From: Arcobacteraceae bacterium
GTDB lineage: Bacteria; Campylobacterota; Campylobacteria; Campylobacterales; Arcobacteraceae
Direction of reading: 5' to 3'
Length of the DNA stretch: 64,000 bases
Assembly (NCBI GenBank): GCA_965224485.1
Contig: CBDCZH010000016.1
Span: forward strand, 1 to 64,000
Shown here: positions 52,821-64,000 of the stretch, one piece after another
Layout of the letters: the number at the start of each line of letters is the position of its first letter
Numbering within the stretch: the first letter of the stretch is position 1
Program-made: the position numbers and the translations under genes
Notes under the pieces: model-generated
Databases searched by the model: none
What the model was told of the DNA's origin: nothing
The model's input: the letters and a program-made list of their open reading frames with translations, nothing else

Positions 52821-53404
52821 TTTTGCTCCTTTTTATCTAAATCTTTTTCTAAATTCTGCTCTAAAGTATCAATCTCTTCTTCACTTAATTGGGAATAAGA
52901 AATATCCATTTTTTTTCCAGCTAAAATAATTCCACCTATCATTGCAACTAATAACATAACAGCGGCAACTTCAAAAGGAAGTAAATATTTTGTAAATAAA
53001 ACAATTCCAACATCTTGTACATTTCCCCAATGCTTATGAACTGGATACTCTGAAATTATATTATCGCTTATTATTGGACTTAAGAAAATAAGTACAATAA
53101 TTAAAGCACTAAGTCCTGATAACAAAAAAACAAACTTAGGATTTTTAATTTTTTCTTCAACAGTAGATAAAGAATCAAAAAACATCATTCCAAAAGCATA
53201 TAAGGCCATAACCGCCCCAGTATAAACTATAATTTGCACAACTCCTAAAAAATCTGCTTCTAATAAGAAGAAAAAAGCTGAGATAAAAATCATACCAGCA
53301 GCTAAACTAGACAAGGCATAAAGTGCATTATTTGTAGATACAGTAATACAAAACATTACAATTGTTAAAATTGAAAAAAGATAAAAAGCTACTATTTCAA
53401 ACAT
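52817..53404 (-). CDS. nuoJ: NADH-quinone oxidoreductase subunit J
   Basis: QIIVYTGAV, YLLPFE..AVMLLVAMIG. Confidence 0.94.
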   Translation of the reverse strand: MFEIVAFYLFSILTIVMFCITVSTNNALYALSSLAAGMIFISAFFFLLEADFLGVVQIIVYTGAVMALYAFGMMFFDSLSTVEEKIKNPKFVFLLSGLSALIIVLIFLSPIISDNIISEYPVHKHWGNVQDVGIVLFTKYLLPFEVAAVMLLVAMIGGIILAGKKMDISYSQLSEEEIDTLEQNLEKDLDKKEQK

Positions 53405-53412
53405 TTACTCTC

Positions 53413-54036
53413 CTAATACTCTAAGGGTGTTTTTTTAATTTTTTCATCAGCATCAGGTGATATAGCCCCAAAACCTGGATACTCTTTTTGTGAAGATAAT
53501 TTATCTAAAGGAGTTAATAAATCTTCTTTAAGAACAAAATGTGCTCTTTGCTCACTTGCATTTTCGTACCTTCCACCATGAACTATCGCTAATTCAGGAC
53601 AAACCTCAGCACAATAACCACAAAAAATACAACGTCCAAAATTAATTGTATATTCTAAAACTTCTTTACGTGAATTCTTATCAATTTTTGTATCCATTTT
53701 TATACAATCAGCTATGCAAATCTTTTCACATAAACCACAACCAATACATCTATTCTCACCAGATTCCAAAAGCCCTAATAACTTATGAACAGCTCTATAT
53801 CTTGGACCTATTGGTAGTTTCTCCATTGGGTATTGAACTGTATGCATTTTATCATCAAATAAAGCTTCTTTCATCATAACTAGAGTAATTTTTAAACCTC
53901 CAAAAAGATCTCTTTGTATTGATCTTTTTAAAACTTGTTTAAAACTTTCCCATTTAGTTTTAGGGGATATAGGTTCTTGTACTTTTACATAAGAACCCTG
54001 CCCTACGTTTCTGTTTTTAAACTCTTTTAAACTCAT
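53413..54036 (-). CDS. nuoI: NADH-quinone oxidoreductase subunit I
   Basis: CIGCGLCEKIC and CIFCGYCAEVCP 4Fe-4S motifs. Confidence 0.96.
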   Translation of the reverse strand: MSLKEFKNRNVGQGSYVKVQEPISPKTKWESFKQVLKRSIQRDLFGGLKITLVMMKEALFDDKMHTVQYPMEKLPIGPRYRAVHKLLGLLESGENRCIGCGLCEKICIADCIKMDTKIDKNSRKEVLEYTINFGRCIFCGYCAEVCPELAIVHGGRYENASEQRAHFVLKEDLLTPLDKLSSQKEYPGFGAISPDADEKIKKTPLEY

Positions 54037-54045
54037 ACAAGACTC

Positions 54046-55038
54046 CTATATCATTATTACAAAACCAGTAATTAAAATATTAATCACTGCTAATGGCATT
54101 AAAATTTTCCAACATAACCACATTAATTGGTCAGGTCTAACATGAGGCCAAGAAGCTCTTGTCCATAAGAAGAAAAAGATCAAGAACATAACTTTTAAAA
54201 CAATAGCAAGGCCTCCTGGAATAAAACCTAGGTCATTAAATCCACCTAAAAACAGAAGTGAAATTAAAAAACAAATAGTAAAAAGGTTTGCATACTCTCC
54301 TATAAAAAACATTCCCCATCTCATACCAGAATATTCAGTTGCATAACCAGCAACTATTTCAGCCTCATGTTCTAATAAGTCAAAAGGTGTTCTATTTGTT
54401 TCAGCAAAGCCAGCAATTACAAATAAAACAAATGCCAAAGGTTGAGTAAATACCATCCAATGTATTATTCCCCCTGCTTGATAATTATTTAAATCAATTA
54501 AAGAAAGACTTCCAACTAACATCAAAGGAGCTAGCAAGGCTAATCCTGAAACTACTTCATAAGATAAAAGCTGAATTGCAGTACGTGCACCTCCAAGTAA
54601 TCCCCACTTATTCGCACAACTCATTCCCCCTAATAAAGGACCATAAAGTCCAATTGAAGCTACTCCCATAACAAATAGAATACCTACGTTTACGTCTGAG
54701 ATAATTGGTCTTACTGTATATCCAAACATTTCAAATTCTGGAAAAAAAGGAATTGCACTCATTGCTATAAAAGCTGTTGCTGATGTTATAATTGGAGCAA
54801 TCATAAAAATAGGTTTTACTGCATTTTGAGGAACAAAATCTTCTTTTGTAAAAAGTTTTATTCCATCTGCTGCTAATTGTAAAAGACCATAAGGCCCTAC
54901 ATTAGTTGGACCTAATCTTCTTTGCATAAAAGCTAAAACTTTTCTCTCAATATAGGTTGTAAAACCTGCAAGAGCTGAAAAAACAGATAAAACTATTACA
55001 ACTTTTATAATAGTTTCAATTATATATCCTAGTTCCAT
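54046..55038 (-). CDS. nuoH: NADH-quinone oxidoreductase subunit H
   Basis: ERKVLA.MQRRLGP, ADGIKLFTKE, AETNRTPFDL, GYATEYSG. Confidence 0.97.
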   Translation of the reverse strand: MELGYIIETIIKVVIVLSVFSALAGFTTYIERKVLAFMQRRLGPTNVGPYGLLQLAADGIKLFTKEDFVPQNAVKPIFMIAPIITSATAFIAMSAIPFFPEFEMFGYTVRPIISDVNVGILFVMGVASIGLYGPLLGGMSCANKWGLLGGARTAIQLLSYEVVSGLALLAPLMLVGSLSLIDLNNYQAGGIIHWMVFTQPLAFVLFVIAGFAETNRTPFDLLEHEAEIVAGYATEYSGMRWGMFFIGEYANLFTICFLISLLFLGGFNDLGFIPGGLAIVLKVMFLIFFFLWTRASWPHVRPDQLMWLCWKILMPLAVINILITGFVIMI

Positions 55039-55039
55039 T

Positions 55040-57514
55040 TTAAACCTTTTTTACTACAGCTTGAGTATATCTATATGTATCAAATAATTCTTTTGTATTT
55101 AGATCTTTTTCAAAAGTTGAAACGTAAGCGATTTCACCTTTTATTTGTTTATCAAGATAAATACTTAGCTCTAATGCTATATTATTTGTAACAACACTTA
55201 CTCTATCATTTTGTTCTAATTCAAGTTTTTCCATTAGTTCTTGGGATACAAAAATACCTGATTGTAAAGTAGGTGCAAATTCATGGCAAATAGCTGTAAA
55301 TTCATTAAATTGATTCATAGGATTTGCTCTATAAATTAAAATTTCACCTTCTTCTAAAAGAATTTCATCTTTTTTATATTCTACATACTCATCAAAGCTT
55401 TCACACGCATAAGAGCTAATAATATAACCTCTATTGTTTTTTTGATCATTTGAATAAGTATTCTTTAAATCATCAAAGTCAATATTTTTAAAACCTTTTT
55501 CTAAAGGAAACATAGAAGTATATTCTATAGTATGCTCAAACTGCACATCTAAGATTTCATTTGCTAATTCATTTAAGGTATATCCCTTATAAGGCAAAGC
55601 AGCATTTGTTGGAACTAATTTTTTATCAATACTTACAAACGTTCCTTCTTGTTGATTAAGTGCTGGCATATCTAAAGAGCCATCACCCAAGGCGGATATT
55701 TCATAATCACCTTTTACATTATATGAAAAAACAAAACCTTCTTCTTCTTCATCTAAGTCACATAATAAAGATACACCTAAAGTATTTGTTTTTGTGGGGA
55801 TTATAACAAGTTTAAACTCTGTATATTTTTGAATTAAACCACATAGTTTTGCAATGTTTTTAGAATTTTCATGACTTATTAAGTCCTCACCTATGATTAA
55901 AGAATAAGAGTCTTTTTTTACAAGCATTTTTATAATTATCTCTGCTAAGTCTTGCTGTGCTCCTATATTTTCTAATAAAGTATAATAAGTATATTCTACT
56001 TCTTTAGAAACTTCTTTACTTACAACTTTTTTAACTTCTTTTTCTTCTTGTGTTTCTTCATCTTTAATATGCTCAATTATTGTCTCTTTAATACTTTCTT
56101 TTATAGTTTTTACTCTTGTTTCTTTTAATGAGTCTAAATAAGAAGCTAAAGATGGGGGTAAATCTTTTGCAAAAGTATCTAAAATAAAATATAAAACAGC
56201 TTCTTCACTTAAAGGTTTATAAGCAATAAACTCAGTACTTTTACCTTTCTTTCCAATTTGTTCCATAATTGGATCTAAAATAGGATGGAAATATAAAGCT
56301 GCTCCTTTATTTGTTACAACAGAGTTATTTAAAGCATATCTTGCATGAGGTAAATCATGTTTCAAAAAAGAACCTAAAGAAATTACAAAATTTGACTTAT
56401 GAACATCTTCTAAAGAAGCGTTATATAAACTCTCTCCTGAAGTACGTGAAAAGTTTTTTAAGAACTGTGCATAAGAATAAGCATCAGAATTTATAAGTTT
56501 AACTCCAAGTTTTTCTTTTAGTTTTTGTAAAATAAAAGCCTCTTCATTTGTAATAAAAGAGCTAAATTTAATAGTATTTGCTTTTTTTAAAGCATTTACT
56601 GCCTCATTAAAAGCTTTTTCATCTTTTTCTTGAACCTTATTTTCAAAATCATAAGCAAATCTTGCTGCTCCATTTAACGTAACATAATGATGATCATTTG
56701 TAACCCTATATACTTTTTGAACATCATGTTTTAATACTGATTCATGTTTAGTTTCATAATACATTAAAGAACAATCACTTGAGTGAGGATTTGAAGCTGG
56801 AATTTTATTTAATTCCCAAGAATTTGATTTATATTGAAAATCATGAGAAACTAAAGCTCCAACAGGACAAACAGAAATACACTCTCCACAGTCTGTACAG
56901 GCATCTTCATTAAAACCAATAAGTGATTTATTTAGTTTGTTCCACATAGCATAAGCATCTTTAGGCATTTCATCTTTAAAGGTTTTAGAAATTGCTTCTG
57001 AGCCTCTTTTTACTGTACTTAAAGCAGAAGAACCAACCATATCTTTACATACAGTTACACATTTTTCACAAACTATACAAAGTCCTGGGTCATAATTCAT
57101 AACTCCCCAGTGTTGCGTTGGTCTAGGTACATCAGGAATGGCATAATTTTGTTGATCAACTTTCATATATAAAGAATAGTTTTGTAACTCACACTCTCCA
57201 CTTTGATCACAAACACCACATTGTAAAGGATGATTTACATCATACACTTCCATAATTGCACGTCTCTCTTTTACAATAGAAGTTGTATTAACAGTAACAC
57301 TCATATCTTCTTTTACTTTTGCATTACAAGCATATACTTGTTTTCCATCAGCCTCAACTAAACAAAGTCGACAGGCTAAAGTAGGTGAACATCTTGTTAA
57401 ATAACAAATAGCTGGAACAAAAATATCATTGGCTCTGGCTACATTTAAAATGCTTTCACCTTCTTTTGCCTGTATACTTTTTCCATCAATTTGTAAGTTA
57501 ATCAAATCACTCAC
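55040..57514 (-). CDS. nuoG: NADH-quinone oxidoreductase subunit G
   Basis: ICY...ACRLCLVE, NHPLQCGVCDQSGECELQ, CIVCEKC..VC, CTDCGECISVCPVGAL; likely GTG start 57514. Confidence 0.95.
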   Translation of the reverse strand: MSDLINLQIDGKSIQAKEGESILNVARANDIFVPAICYLTRCSPTLACRLCLVEADGKQVYACNAKVKEDMSVTVNTTSIVKERRAIMEVYDVNHPLQCGVCDQSGECELQNYSLYMKVDQQNYAIPDVPRPTQHWGVMNYDPGLCIVCEKCVTVCKDMVGSSALSTVKRGSEAISKTFKDEMPKDAYAMWNKLNKSLIGFNEDACTDCGECISVCPVGALVSHDFQYKSNSWELNKIPASNPHSSDCSLMYYETKHESVLKHDVQKVYRVTNDHHYVTLNGAARFAYDFENKVQEKDEKAFNEAVNALKKANTIKFSSFITNEEAFILQKLKEKLGVKLINSDAYSYAQFLKNFSRTSGESLYNASLEDVHKSNFVISLGSFLKHDLPHARYALNNSVVTNKGAALYFHPILDPIMEQIGKKGKSTEFIAYKPLSEEAVLYFILDTFAKDLPPSLASYLDSLKETRVKTIKESIKETIIEHIKDEETQEEKEVKKVVSKEVSKEVEYTYYTLLENIGAQQDLAEIIIKMLVKKDSYSLIIGEDLISHENSKNIAKLCGLIQKYTEFKLVIIPTKTNTLGVSLLCDLDEEEEGFVFSYNVKGDYEISALGDGSLDMPALNQQEGTFVSIDKKLVPTNAALPYKGYTLNELANEILDVQFEHTIEYTSMFPLEKGFKNIDFDDLKNTYSNDQKNNRGYIISSYACESFDEYVEYKKDEILLEEGEILIYRANPMNQFNEFTAICHEFAPTLQSGIFVSQELMEKLELEQNDRVSVVTNNIALELSIYLDKQIKGEIAYVSTFEKDLNTKELFDTYRYTQAVVKKV

Positions 57515-58317
57515 TGGGTTCAACCTTTTGTACTTTTACTCTCTTATATCTATAACCAACAGAGTTTGCATTTTCATCAAGAGCAGTTGAGCATAAAGCA
57601 ATAGTCCCTTGAAGATTTTTTATCAAGAACAAATACTTTTTTTACTTTTTGCTCATTTATTTCAAAAACTATTTCATCTTTATCTTGTATTTTTGCAAGT
57701 CTTGAGAAAGATTCACTTCCTACAATGCTATCTAATAAAATATCATCAAAATAGCTATAAATTAGCGTTCCATTATATGATTTCAATTCATTTATTTCTT
57801 CTAAATTTTCATCTAAACAGGTATCAATTAAAACTTGTAAACCTTCATCTAAAGCTAGAACTTCAAAAGAAGTGTATTTTTTTATAATTGCTAAAATTTT
57901 AATAATATTTGTAAGTCTATCATGAGATAAAACATCATCACCCACAAGTAAAACTTTTGATTTTTTATCTTTTGAAGATTCTAACATTTCTTCAAATTCT
58001 TCTTCACCAGCAGAACTCTCAGCAGAAATATATCCCATATCTAAATCATTGATATAAGATTTTATCTCTTCGTTAGAATCTCTTACTAGTGTTTCAAGAA
58101 GCATTGAAGCTATTCCTTCTTCACTTCCAACTTCATATTTAATAAATTGAGTATAATAAAATTTTACATTAATATCATCCATTGGATGCATATAAATAAA
58201 TTGTGCAGATTTTTTTGCAATTGCTTCGATAATAGCATCATTTACGTCTTGTTTATCTCTTGATATAAATGAGCCAAAGCTTATTATAAAATCACTGTTT
58301 TTAATTGTATTTATCAT
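57507..58317 (-). CDS. Campylobacterota-type complex I subunit in the nuoF position (frameshift at T-run 57616-57621)
   Basis: FIKYEVGSEEG, LDMGYISAES motifs; no FMN/NADH motifs; frame-joined C-terminus DKNLQGTIA...GYRYKRVKVQKVEPSE* ends 57507. Confidence 0.75.
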
Positions 58318-58319
58318 AT

Positions 58320-58610
58320 TTATTTACTCTCTTCTTTATTTTCTTGATTTTCTTCATTTGTTTGTATATTTTCTACTTGCATTTCTTCTTTTTTAACTAC
58401 TAATGTCCAATCAACTTCATTAAACTTTATTGAGTTCATTAGGGTATATTTAGCTTCTTTAATTAGGTCTGCTGATTTTTGAATTGCAGAAAAGTCTCCA
58501 ATTTCAAATAAAAAAATTGCAACTTCTTTATCTTTCATATCTTTTTCCATAAGCTCTAACATACGCTCATAAAAATTCTCTTTTAAAGGTCGTAAATCAT
58601 ATCTTTTCAT
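58320..58610 (-). CDS. Campylobacterota-type small complex I subunit in the nuoE position
   Basis: MKRYDLR.....[30 protein letters not shown]; no Cys; follows nuoD. Confidence 0.8.
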   Translation of the reverse strand: MKRYDLRPLKENFYERMLELMEKDMKDKEVAIFLFEIGDFSAIQKSADLIKEAKYTLMNSIKFNEVDWTLVVKKEEMQVENIQTNEENQENKEESK

Positions 58611-59836
58611 CTATCTATTTCTCCAAATACTACATTTAAATTACCAATAATAGCAACAACATCAGCTAATTGATGCCCAGGAAGTAAGTCTTCTAATAAA
58701 CCAGTATGAAAAAATGAAGGAGCTCTTAGTTTCATCTTATAAGCATAAGGGCTTCCATCACTAACAACCATAAAACCTAACTCACCTTTTGGTGATTCTG
58801 TTGCCACATAAACTTCACCCTTAGGTGGTCTCATACCTTGAGTTACTAAAACAAAATGTTGCATCAAAGAGTAGTTTTGTGTCATGATTTCTTCTTTTGG
58901 AGCTGAGATATACTCAGGAGCATGAGCCATAAGTTGTGAGGAGGATTCTTTATACATAGGAATTAACTGTCTTAAAATTCTTACACATTGAGGTAATTCT
59001 GCCATATAAAGTTTATATCTAGTATAACAATCTCCATTCTCACCAACAGGAACATCAAAATCAAGTTCAGGGTATAAACCATAAGGCATTTCTCTACGTA
59101 AATCCCACTTAATTCCACTAGCTCTTAAAATAATTCCAGAACAAGCCCAAGATTTTGCCATTTCTTGATTTATAACTCCAACCCCTTCAAGTCTCATTTT
59201 CCAAATTCTATTCTCGCTTAATAACCCTTCGTATTTTTTCACTTCTTCTAATAAAATAACACAAAACTTTTCTAAATCTTCACACCAATTATCTGGCAAG
59301 TCTAAAGGAACTCCACCAATTCGAACTGCACTATGAGTAAGTCTAGCTCCACAATAATCTTCAATTAAATCCATAGCATATTCACGCTCTCTAAAAGCAT
59401 ATAAAAATACAGACATAGCTCCTACATCTAAAGCATGAGTAGCTAGCCAAAAAAGGTGAGACATAATTCTATTTAACTCTAAAAGCATGGTTCGTATAAC
59501 CTCAGCACGTCTGGGAGCTTCTATACCTAAGAGTTGTTCAATTGCTAAGGCATAACCATAGTTATTTGAAGTAGAAGCTATATAATCCATTCTATCTGTT
59601 GTAGGTAAGAATTCGTTATACATCATATTCTCACCCATTTTTTCCATTCCCCTATGTAAGTACCCAATTCCAGGAGTAGCTTTTGTAACTTCTTCTCCTT
59701 GTAGCTCTAACATAAGTCTCATTTGTCCATGAGCAGAAGGATGTTGGGGGCCGAAGTTAACCATCATAGTATTATCTTCACGCTCAAAATTCATATTTTC
59801 GAAAAAAGGTTTTAATCTATTTACTTGTTGCTGCAT
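58607..59836 (-). CDS. nuoD: NADH-quinone oxidoreductase subunit D
   Basis: [36 protein letters not shown]. Confidence 0.98.
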   Translation of the reverse strand: MQQQVNRLKPFFENMNFEREDNTMMVNFGPQHPSAHGQMRLMLELQGEEVTKATPGIGYLHRGMEKMGENMMYNEFLPTTDRMDYIASTSNNYGYALAIEQLLGIEAPRRAEVIRTMLLELNRIMSHLFWLATHALDVGAMSVFLYAFREREYAMDLIEDYCGARLTHSAVRIGGVPLDLPDNWCEDLEKFCVILLEEVKKYEGLLSENRIWKMRLEGVGVINQEMAKSWACSGIILRASGIKWDLRREMPYGLYPELDFDVPVGENGDCYTRYKLYMAELPQCVRILRQLIPMYKESSSQLMAHAPEYISAPKEEIMTQNYSLMQHFVLVTQGMRPPKGEVYVATESPKGELGFMVVSDGSPYAYKMKLRAPSFFHTGLLEDLLPGHQLADVVAIIGNLNVVFGEIDR

Positions 59837-59837
59837 C

Positions 59838-60648
59838 TTATCTTCTTTTCTTCAAGGTTATGCTATCTTTTTCATGAAATTTTTTTATAAACTTAACTCC
59901 ACCTTCTTCTTGATAAGCCAAAGCAGTATGTTCAGGTTCTCTGCCATTTGTTATATCAACTCCATGTTCTACTTCATGACCTAATCTTGCAAAACGTTTT
60001 GTATCATATCTATCAATAGCCGCACTATCTCTTATTTCAGGTCCAATTACATCTCTAGCTTCTTTACCAAAGATTTTATCAACCTCATACCAAGAAGCAG
60101 CCTCATCACCTTGTAAGGGATAAGTCTTTTTTAAAGGATGGTCATACCAATCATCAGGCATAAGAATTCTTTTTCATAAAAGGATGATTAGTAATAATAA
60201 CTCCATACATATCATACATTTCTCGCTCAGACCACGAAGCCATTTTAAATAAAGAAATAACAGATTCTATACTTTGTTTTTGCTCTATAAAAGTTTTAAC
60301 TCTAATTCTTTTACGTTTCTTTAAAGAAAGTAATTCATAAAAAATCTCAAAACCTTTTCTTGTTGAAATATAATCAATAGCAGAGAGTTCCATTAACATA
60401 TCATAGTCTAAAACATCTCTTAAAAATTTCAGTGTTTTTACATTGTCTTTTGAAGATATATATAAAACTAATTCTTTATTTTCTATATAAGATTCTGATA
60501 TTTGTACTTTTGAAGATAATTCTTCTATATCTTTTGCATAAACCTCATCATTTTCTACTTTACTTCTAGCAATAATAGGTGAAACAAAAAATCTATCTGT
60601 AAAATATGATTTTTTTTGTACATCATCTTTGTTTGTATATTTTCTCAT
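59838..60648 (-). CDS. nuoC: NADH-quinone oxidoreductase subunit C (frameshift at T-run 60170-60174)
   Basis: [19 protein letters not shown]...HP / [19 protein letters not shown]; joins two track ORFs. Confidence 0.93.
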
Positions 60649-61157
60649 TATACTAATCTCTTTTTAGGTTTGCTTCTAAAAATTGATTCTCTTCTGATTT
60701 TCTTTTGTAACATCATAAGAGCATATTGTAAGGTTTCTGGTCGTGGAGCACAACCTGGAAGATAAATATCAACAGGAATAATTCTATCTGCTCCTTGAAC
60801 TGTGGCATAAGTATTAAACATTCCACCAGTATTAGCACAACTTCCCATAGATATAACCCATTTAGGATCTGGCATTTGGTCGTATAATCTTCTCATAAAC
60901 TCAGCGTGCTTTTTAGTTAAAGTTCCTGCTATTACTATAACATCTGCCTGTCTTGGGCTTGCTCTAAAAATTGTTCCAAATCGATCGAAATCATAACGAG
61001 AAGCACCCGTTGCCATCATTTCGATCGCACAACAGGCAAGACCATATGTTAGGGGCCAAAGGGAGTTAGACCTACCCCAATTTACTAATTTATCAACAGT
61101 AGTAAGAGCAATAGGAGCTCCACCATTTGCTAAATAATTTACTTTATGCTGTGCCAC
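60648..61157 (-). CDS. nuoB: NADH-quinone oxidoreductase subunit B
   Basis: [32 protein letters not shown]; likely GTG start 61157. Confidence 0.97.
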   Translation of the reverse strand: MAQHKVNYLANGGAPIALTTVDKLVNWGRSNSLWPLTYGLACCAIEMMATGASRYDFDRFGTIFRASPRQADVIVIAGTLTKKHAEFMRRLYDQMPDPKWVISMGSCANTGGMFNTYATVQGADRIIPVDIYLPGCAPRPETLQYALMMLQKKIRRESIFRSKPKKRLV

Positions 61158-61528
61158 TGTAAGGCTCCTTTTTTCCAAGCGTATATAAAACCAATAGTTA
61201 ATAAAATTATAAAAAGTATCATCTCAATAAATCCAAACCAACCAAGAACTTTAAAATTCACAGCCCAAGGAAACATAAAAATAATTTCAATATCAAAAAG
61301 AATAAACAAAAGTGCCATTAGATAAAATTGTACTGAAATAGTATTTGGCTGTTTTGTTACTTCTGGACCACATTCGTATAAAGTACTTTTAAGTTTTTCT
61401 GTATCTAAACGAGCCAATTTTCTACTAATAAGCCTTGAAAGGAATACTGTTAGGCTAAAAGCGCTAAAAGTTAGAACAAACATTACAAAAGCACCAAAGT
61501 AAGGATGTGTAAAATCCATATGTGTCAT
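61139..61528 (-). CDS. nuoA: NADH-quinone oxidoreductase subunit A
   Basis: [32 protein letters not shown]. Confidence 0.97.
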   Translation of the reverse strand: MTHMDFTHPYFGAFVMFVLTFSAFSLTVFLSRLISRKLARLDTEKLKSTLYECGPEVTKQPNTISVQFYLMALLFILFDIEIIFMFPWAVNFKVLGWFGFIEMILFIILLTIGFIYAWKKGALQWHSIK

Positions 61529-61745
61529 ACTTTTTCCTTAGTGTTTAATATATTTATATTTTTTATAGAATATAACTAAATTTTAACTAATATGTCTTAA
61601 AGGAGTTCTTAATAATATCACTAGACTATACTTAGAAAGAAAATTTTTATCTAAAAGCTAGATATTTCATAATAATCATTCTTTTCTTCTATGTAATTCT
61701 TAATTTGAGGAATAAAATATATCTGTATAATAAATAGTTTTTAAA

Positions 61746-62501
61746 CTATTTATTATAATGTTTTGAACTCTTAGCATAAGAAGGAATTATTATATCTTCA
61801 TCTACTATTTTATAACGATTTATTGAAATATCATATAATTTACTTAAATTTTTTTCACTTAAGATATCAGAAGAATTTCCAAAAATACTTTTTCTAAACT
61901 TTTTAACTAAGAGAACTTTATTTGAAACATGTAAGGCTTGCATAGGACAATGGGTAGTAAAAACAACTATTTTACCCTCTTTTGCAACTTTACTAATAGC
62001 TTCTAATACTTTATCTTGATTATGATAGTCCAAGGCTGAACATGGTTCATCTAACATAATAACATTTGGATTAGAAACTAAGGCTCTTGCAATTAAAACC
62101 ATTTGTTTTTGTCCTCCACTTAAGGTTGAAAAACTATCTTCTAAAGTATGTAACATTCCAACTTGGTCTAAAACTTCTTTTGTTTTTACATAATCATTTT
62201 TGCAAGGAACAGCAAATAAACCATTTTTACTACTTCTTCCCATTACTACCATCTCTTTTACACAATAATCAAAAGGACTAAGTGTTTCTTGTGGTACATA
62301 TGAAACACTTCCTTCAAGTTTAATTTCTCCCTTATCTAAGGGTAAAAGTTTTAATAATGTTTTAATTAAGGTAGTTTTACCAGAACCATTTGGCCCAAGT
62401 ATTGCTAAAACATCTCCTTTATTTAAAGAAAAACTATGACCTTGAAAAATAGATTCTTGTTCTTTATCATAAGAAAAATGAATATCTTTTACGCTAAGCA
62501 T
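61746..62501 (-). CDS. ABC transporter ATP-binding protein (iron-complex/cobalamin type)
   Basis: GPNGSGKTT, LSGGQKQ, MLDEP.SALD. Confidence 0.92.
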   Translation of the reverse strand: MLSVKDIHFSYDKEQESIFQGHSFSLNKGDVLAILGPNGSGKTTLIKTLLKLLPLDKGEIKLEGSVSYVPQETLSPFDYCVKEMVVMGRSSKNGLFAVPCKNDYVKTKEVLDQVGMLHTLEDSFSTLSGGQKQMVLIARALVSNPNVIMLDEPCSALDYHNQDKVLEAISKVAKEGKIVVFTTHCPMQALHVSNKVLLVKKFRKSIFGNSSDILSEKNLSKLYDISINRYKIVDEDIIIPSYAKSSKHYNK

Positions 62502-63513
62502 TATTCCAACCTTTTAATTGAGTTCTATAAATTAAATAAGCAAAAATAGGTGCTCCAATTAAAGATGTAAGTACACCAATAGGAATTTCACCATAACTAG
62601 CAGTTCTAGCTATTGTGTCTATAACAATCATATAAATTGCTCCTATTAAAATAGATAAAGGTAATAATCTTGCATGATTAGCCCCTGTAATCATTCTTGC
62701 AAAATGGGGAATAATTAAACCAACCCAACCTACAATACCACTAACAGAAACTGTTGCTGATATTAAAACAGTACAAGATAATAAAATAATCCAACGAGAC
62801 AAATTAACGTTTACACCTAAAGAACTAGCTTCTTCTTCTCCTAAAGATAAAATATTAATAAGAAATCTCATTTTAAAAAGTAAAAAACCAAGTATACAAA
62901 AAGGAAGTGAAATATATAAAACATCTATATAAGAAGATTTATTATACGAACCCAAAAGCCAATAAACAATTGTGGGTAAGTTTTCATTAGGATCAGCAGT
63001 GTATTTAGCAAGAGAAATCAAAGAAGCAAAAAAAGCAGAAGTAACAATACCTCCAAGAACTAAAGATAAAACATTCTTAGAACCCCCAGCTTTAGCAACT
63101 CCCATAGTAATTAAAATAGCTACTAAACCAAAAGCAAAAGCAAACAAGGGAATAAATAAATCTGACAACATAAATAAAATAGCCAAAACACCCCCAAAAG
63201 CAGCACCTGAGGATACTCCAATGATTTGAGGACCAACTAAAGGATTTCTAAAGATACCTTGTAAAGAAGCCCCACTTAAAGAAAGAGCAGCACCACAAAT
63301 ACCTGCAACAAGAATCCTAGGTAGCCGTATTTGCTCAATAACTCTTTCTTGTATAACATCAATACTACTTGGCATACTACTTATATTATCAAGTAGTATT
63401 AAAAAAACATTAAAATAAGAAATAGGATATCGTCCTAAACATAAGGCAAAAAGCATTACAAAAAGAAGTAAAACTAATAAAAGACTTATTTGAAAAGTAT
63501 AGTTTCTAAACAT
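62494..63513 (-). CDS. FecCD/BtuC family ABC permease
   Basis: IRLPRI, LQGIFRNPL, LGEEEASSLGV, VGWVGLIIPH. Confidence 0.93.
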   Translation of the reverse strand: MFRNYTFQISLLLVLLLFVMLFALCLGRYPISYFNVFLILLDNISSMPSSIDVIQERVIEQIRLPRILVAGICGAALSLSGASLQGIFRNPLVGPQIIGVSSGAAFGGVLAILFMLSDLFIPLFAFAFGLVAILITMGVAKAGGSKNVLSLVLGGIVTSAFFASLISLAKYTADPNENLPTIVYWLLGSYNKSSYIDVLYISLPFCILGFLLFKMRFLINILSLGEEEASSLGVNVNLSRWIILLSCTVLISATVSVSGIVGWVGLIIPHFARMITGANHARLLPLSILIGAIYMIVIDTIARTASYGEIPIGVLTSLIGAPIFAYLIYRTQLKGWNNA

Positions 63514-63537
63514 TTGCTAAGACTTCTATACTCATAA

Positions 63538-64000
63538 TCATTTTGAAATTTCTTTATAATTTAATGAGTCTTTATTCATCTTAAGTCTTAAAATCATATC
63601 AAGTTGTTTTTCACTTGGTATTTTATTATATAACAAAGGATAGGCTTTTTTAATACTAGCACGCATAGAACCTTCAAGTAAAGTAGGATGTACAGTTCTT
63701 GTAAACCACTCCAAACCTAAGGCTAATTCTTGGTTAGGCGGATCCCACCTGTCCCCACCAACAGGAACTTTATATACTCTTTTATTCCTAACTGCCTTTA
63801 AATCAGAGAATAAAGGGTTTGCATAAATTTTTTGAGGTGTCATTTTCATATTAAAACCAAATAACCAAATAATATCAGGATTTGATAAAAGAAGCATCTC
63901 CGGATCAATATTAACAAATTTCTTTTTTATATTTAAGGCATTTTTTGCACCAGCTGTTTCCATAAAAAAATCAAAATGACTAAGTGATCCGGCCGCTAAT
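63538..64000 (-). CDS. periplasmic substrate-binding protein of the ABC transporter (3' part only; runs off window)
   Basis: AGAKNA...EMLLLSNPDII...LKAVRNKRVYKVP...WDPP. Confidence 0.8.
   Translation of the reverse strand, partial: LAAGSLSHFDFFMETAGAKNALNIKKKFVNIDPEMLLLSNPDIIWLFGFNMKMTPQKIYANPLFSDLKAVRNKRVYKVPVGGDRWDPPNQELALGLEWFTRTVHPTLLEGSMRASIKKAYPLLYNKIPSEKQLDMILRLKMNKDSLNYKEISK

Noticed and set aside
55985..56130. Charged K/E/V-rich insertion in NuoG as an intein or mobile insert
   Set aside because: Only about 45 aa, low complexity, no intein terminal motifs; more likely a surface loop

Overview
Very AT-rich bacterial DNA, most consistent with a Campylobacterota genome (Arcobacter-like; inferred from the epsilon-type nuo operon without canonical nuoE/F, mqnD, and the recA-eno context). 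Bases 1-36169 are a ~36 kb surface-glycan locus made of two convergent blocks. The + strand block (1-15841) carries glycosyltransferases, six SAM methyltransferases, a cupin/DegT pair, galE and manC-gmd-fcl. The - strand block (36169->15834) starts with a pseudaminic acid pathway (pseBCFGH, then an ACP/ketoreductase/adenylation cassette, then pseI). It runs straight into a phosphonate module: LicD, cytidylyltransferase-PEP mutase fusion, phosphonopyruvate decarboxylase, metallophosphoesterase, extended SDR, LicC/PntC-like nucleotidyltransferase, an LDH/MDH-like oxidoreductase and a second LicD. After these come a KpsS-like transferase, a double methyltransferase and a HAD-like protein. Bases 36366-64000 are housekeeping: recA, eno, ftsB-like, AMIN protein, antiporter, bioB, yfcE-like, topA, murB, mqnD, glucosaminidase, nuoA-N and part of a FecCD-type ABC transporter. 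Many genes carry single-base indels, most likely sequencing errors; several key genes, including pepM and ppd, are visible only after manual frame-joining. The best candidate for an undescribed system is the Pse-coupled phosphonoglycan pathway, which lacks the usual aminoethylphosphonate transaminase and Fe-alcohol dehydrogenase. Other leads are a ~90-aa accessory domain shared by six enzymes and degenerate heptamer arrays inside manC and gmd and between recA and eno. All calls come from manual motif recognition; no searches were run.
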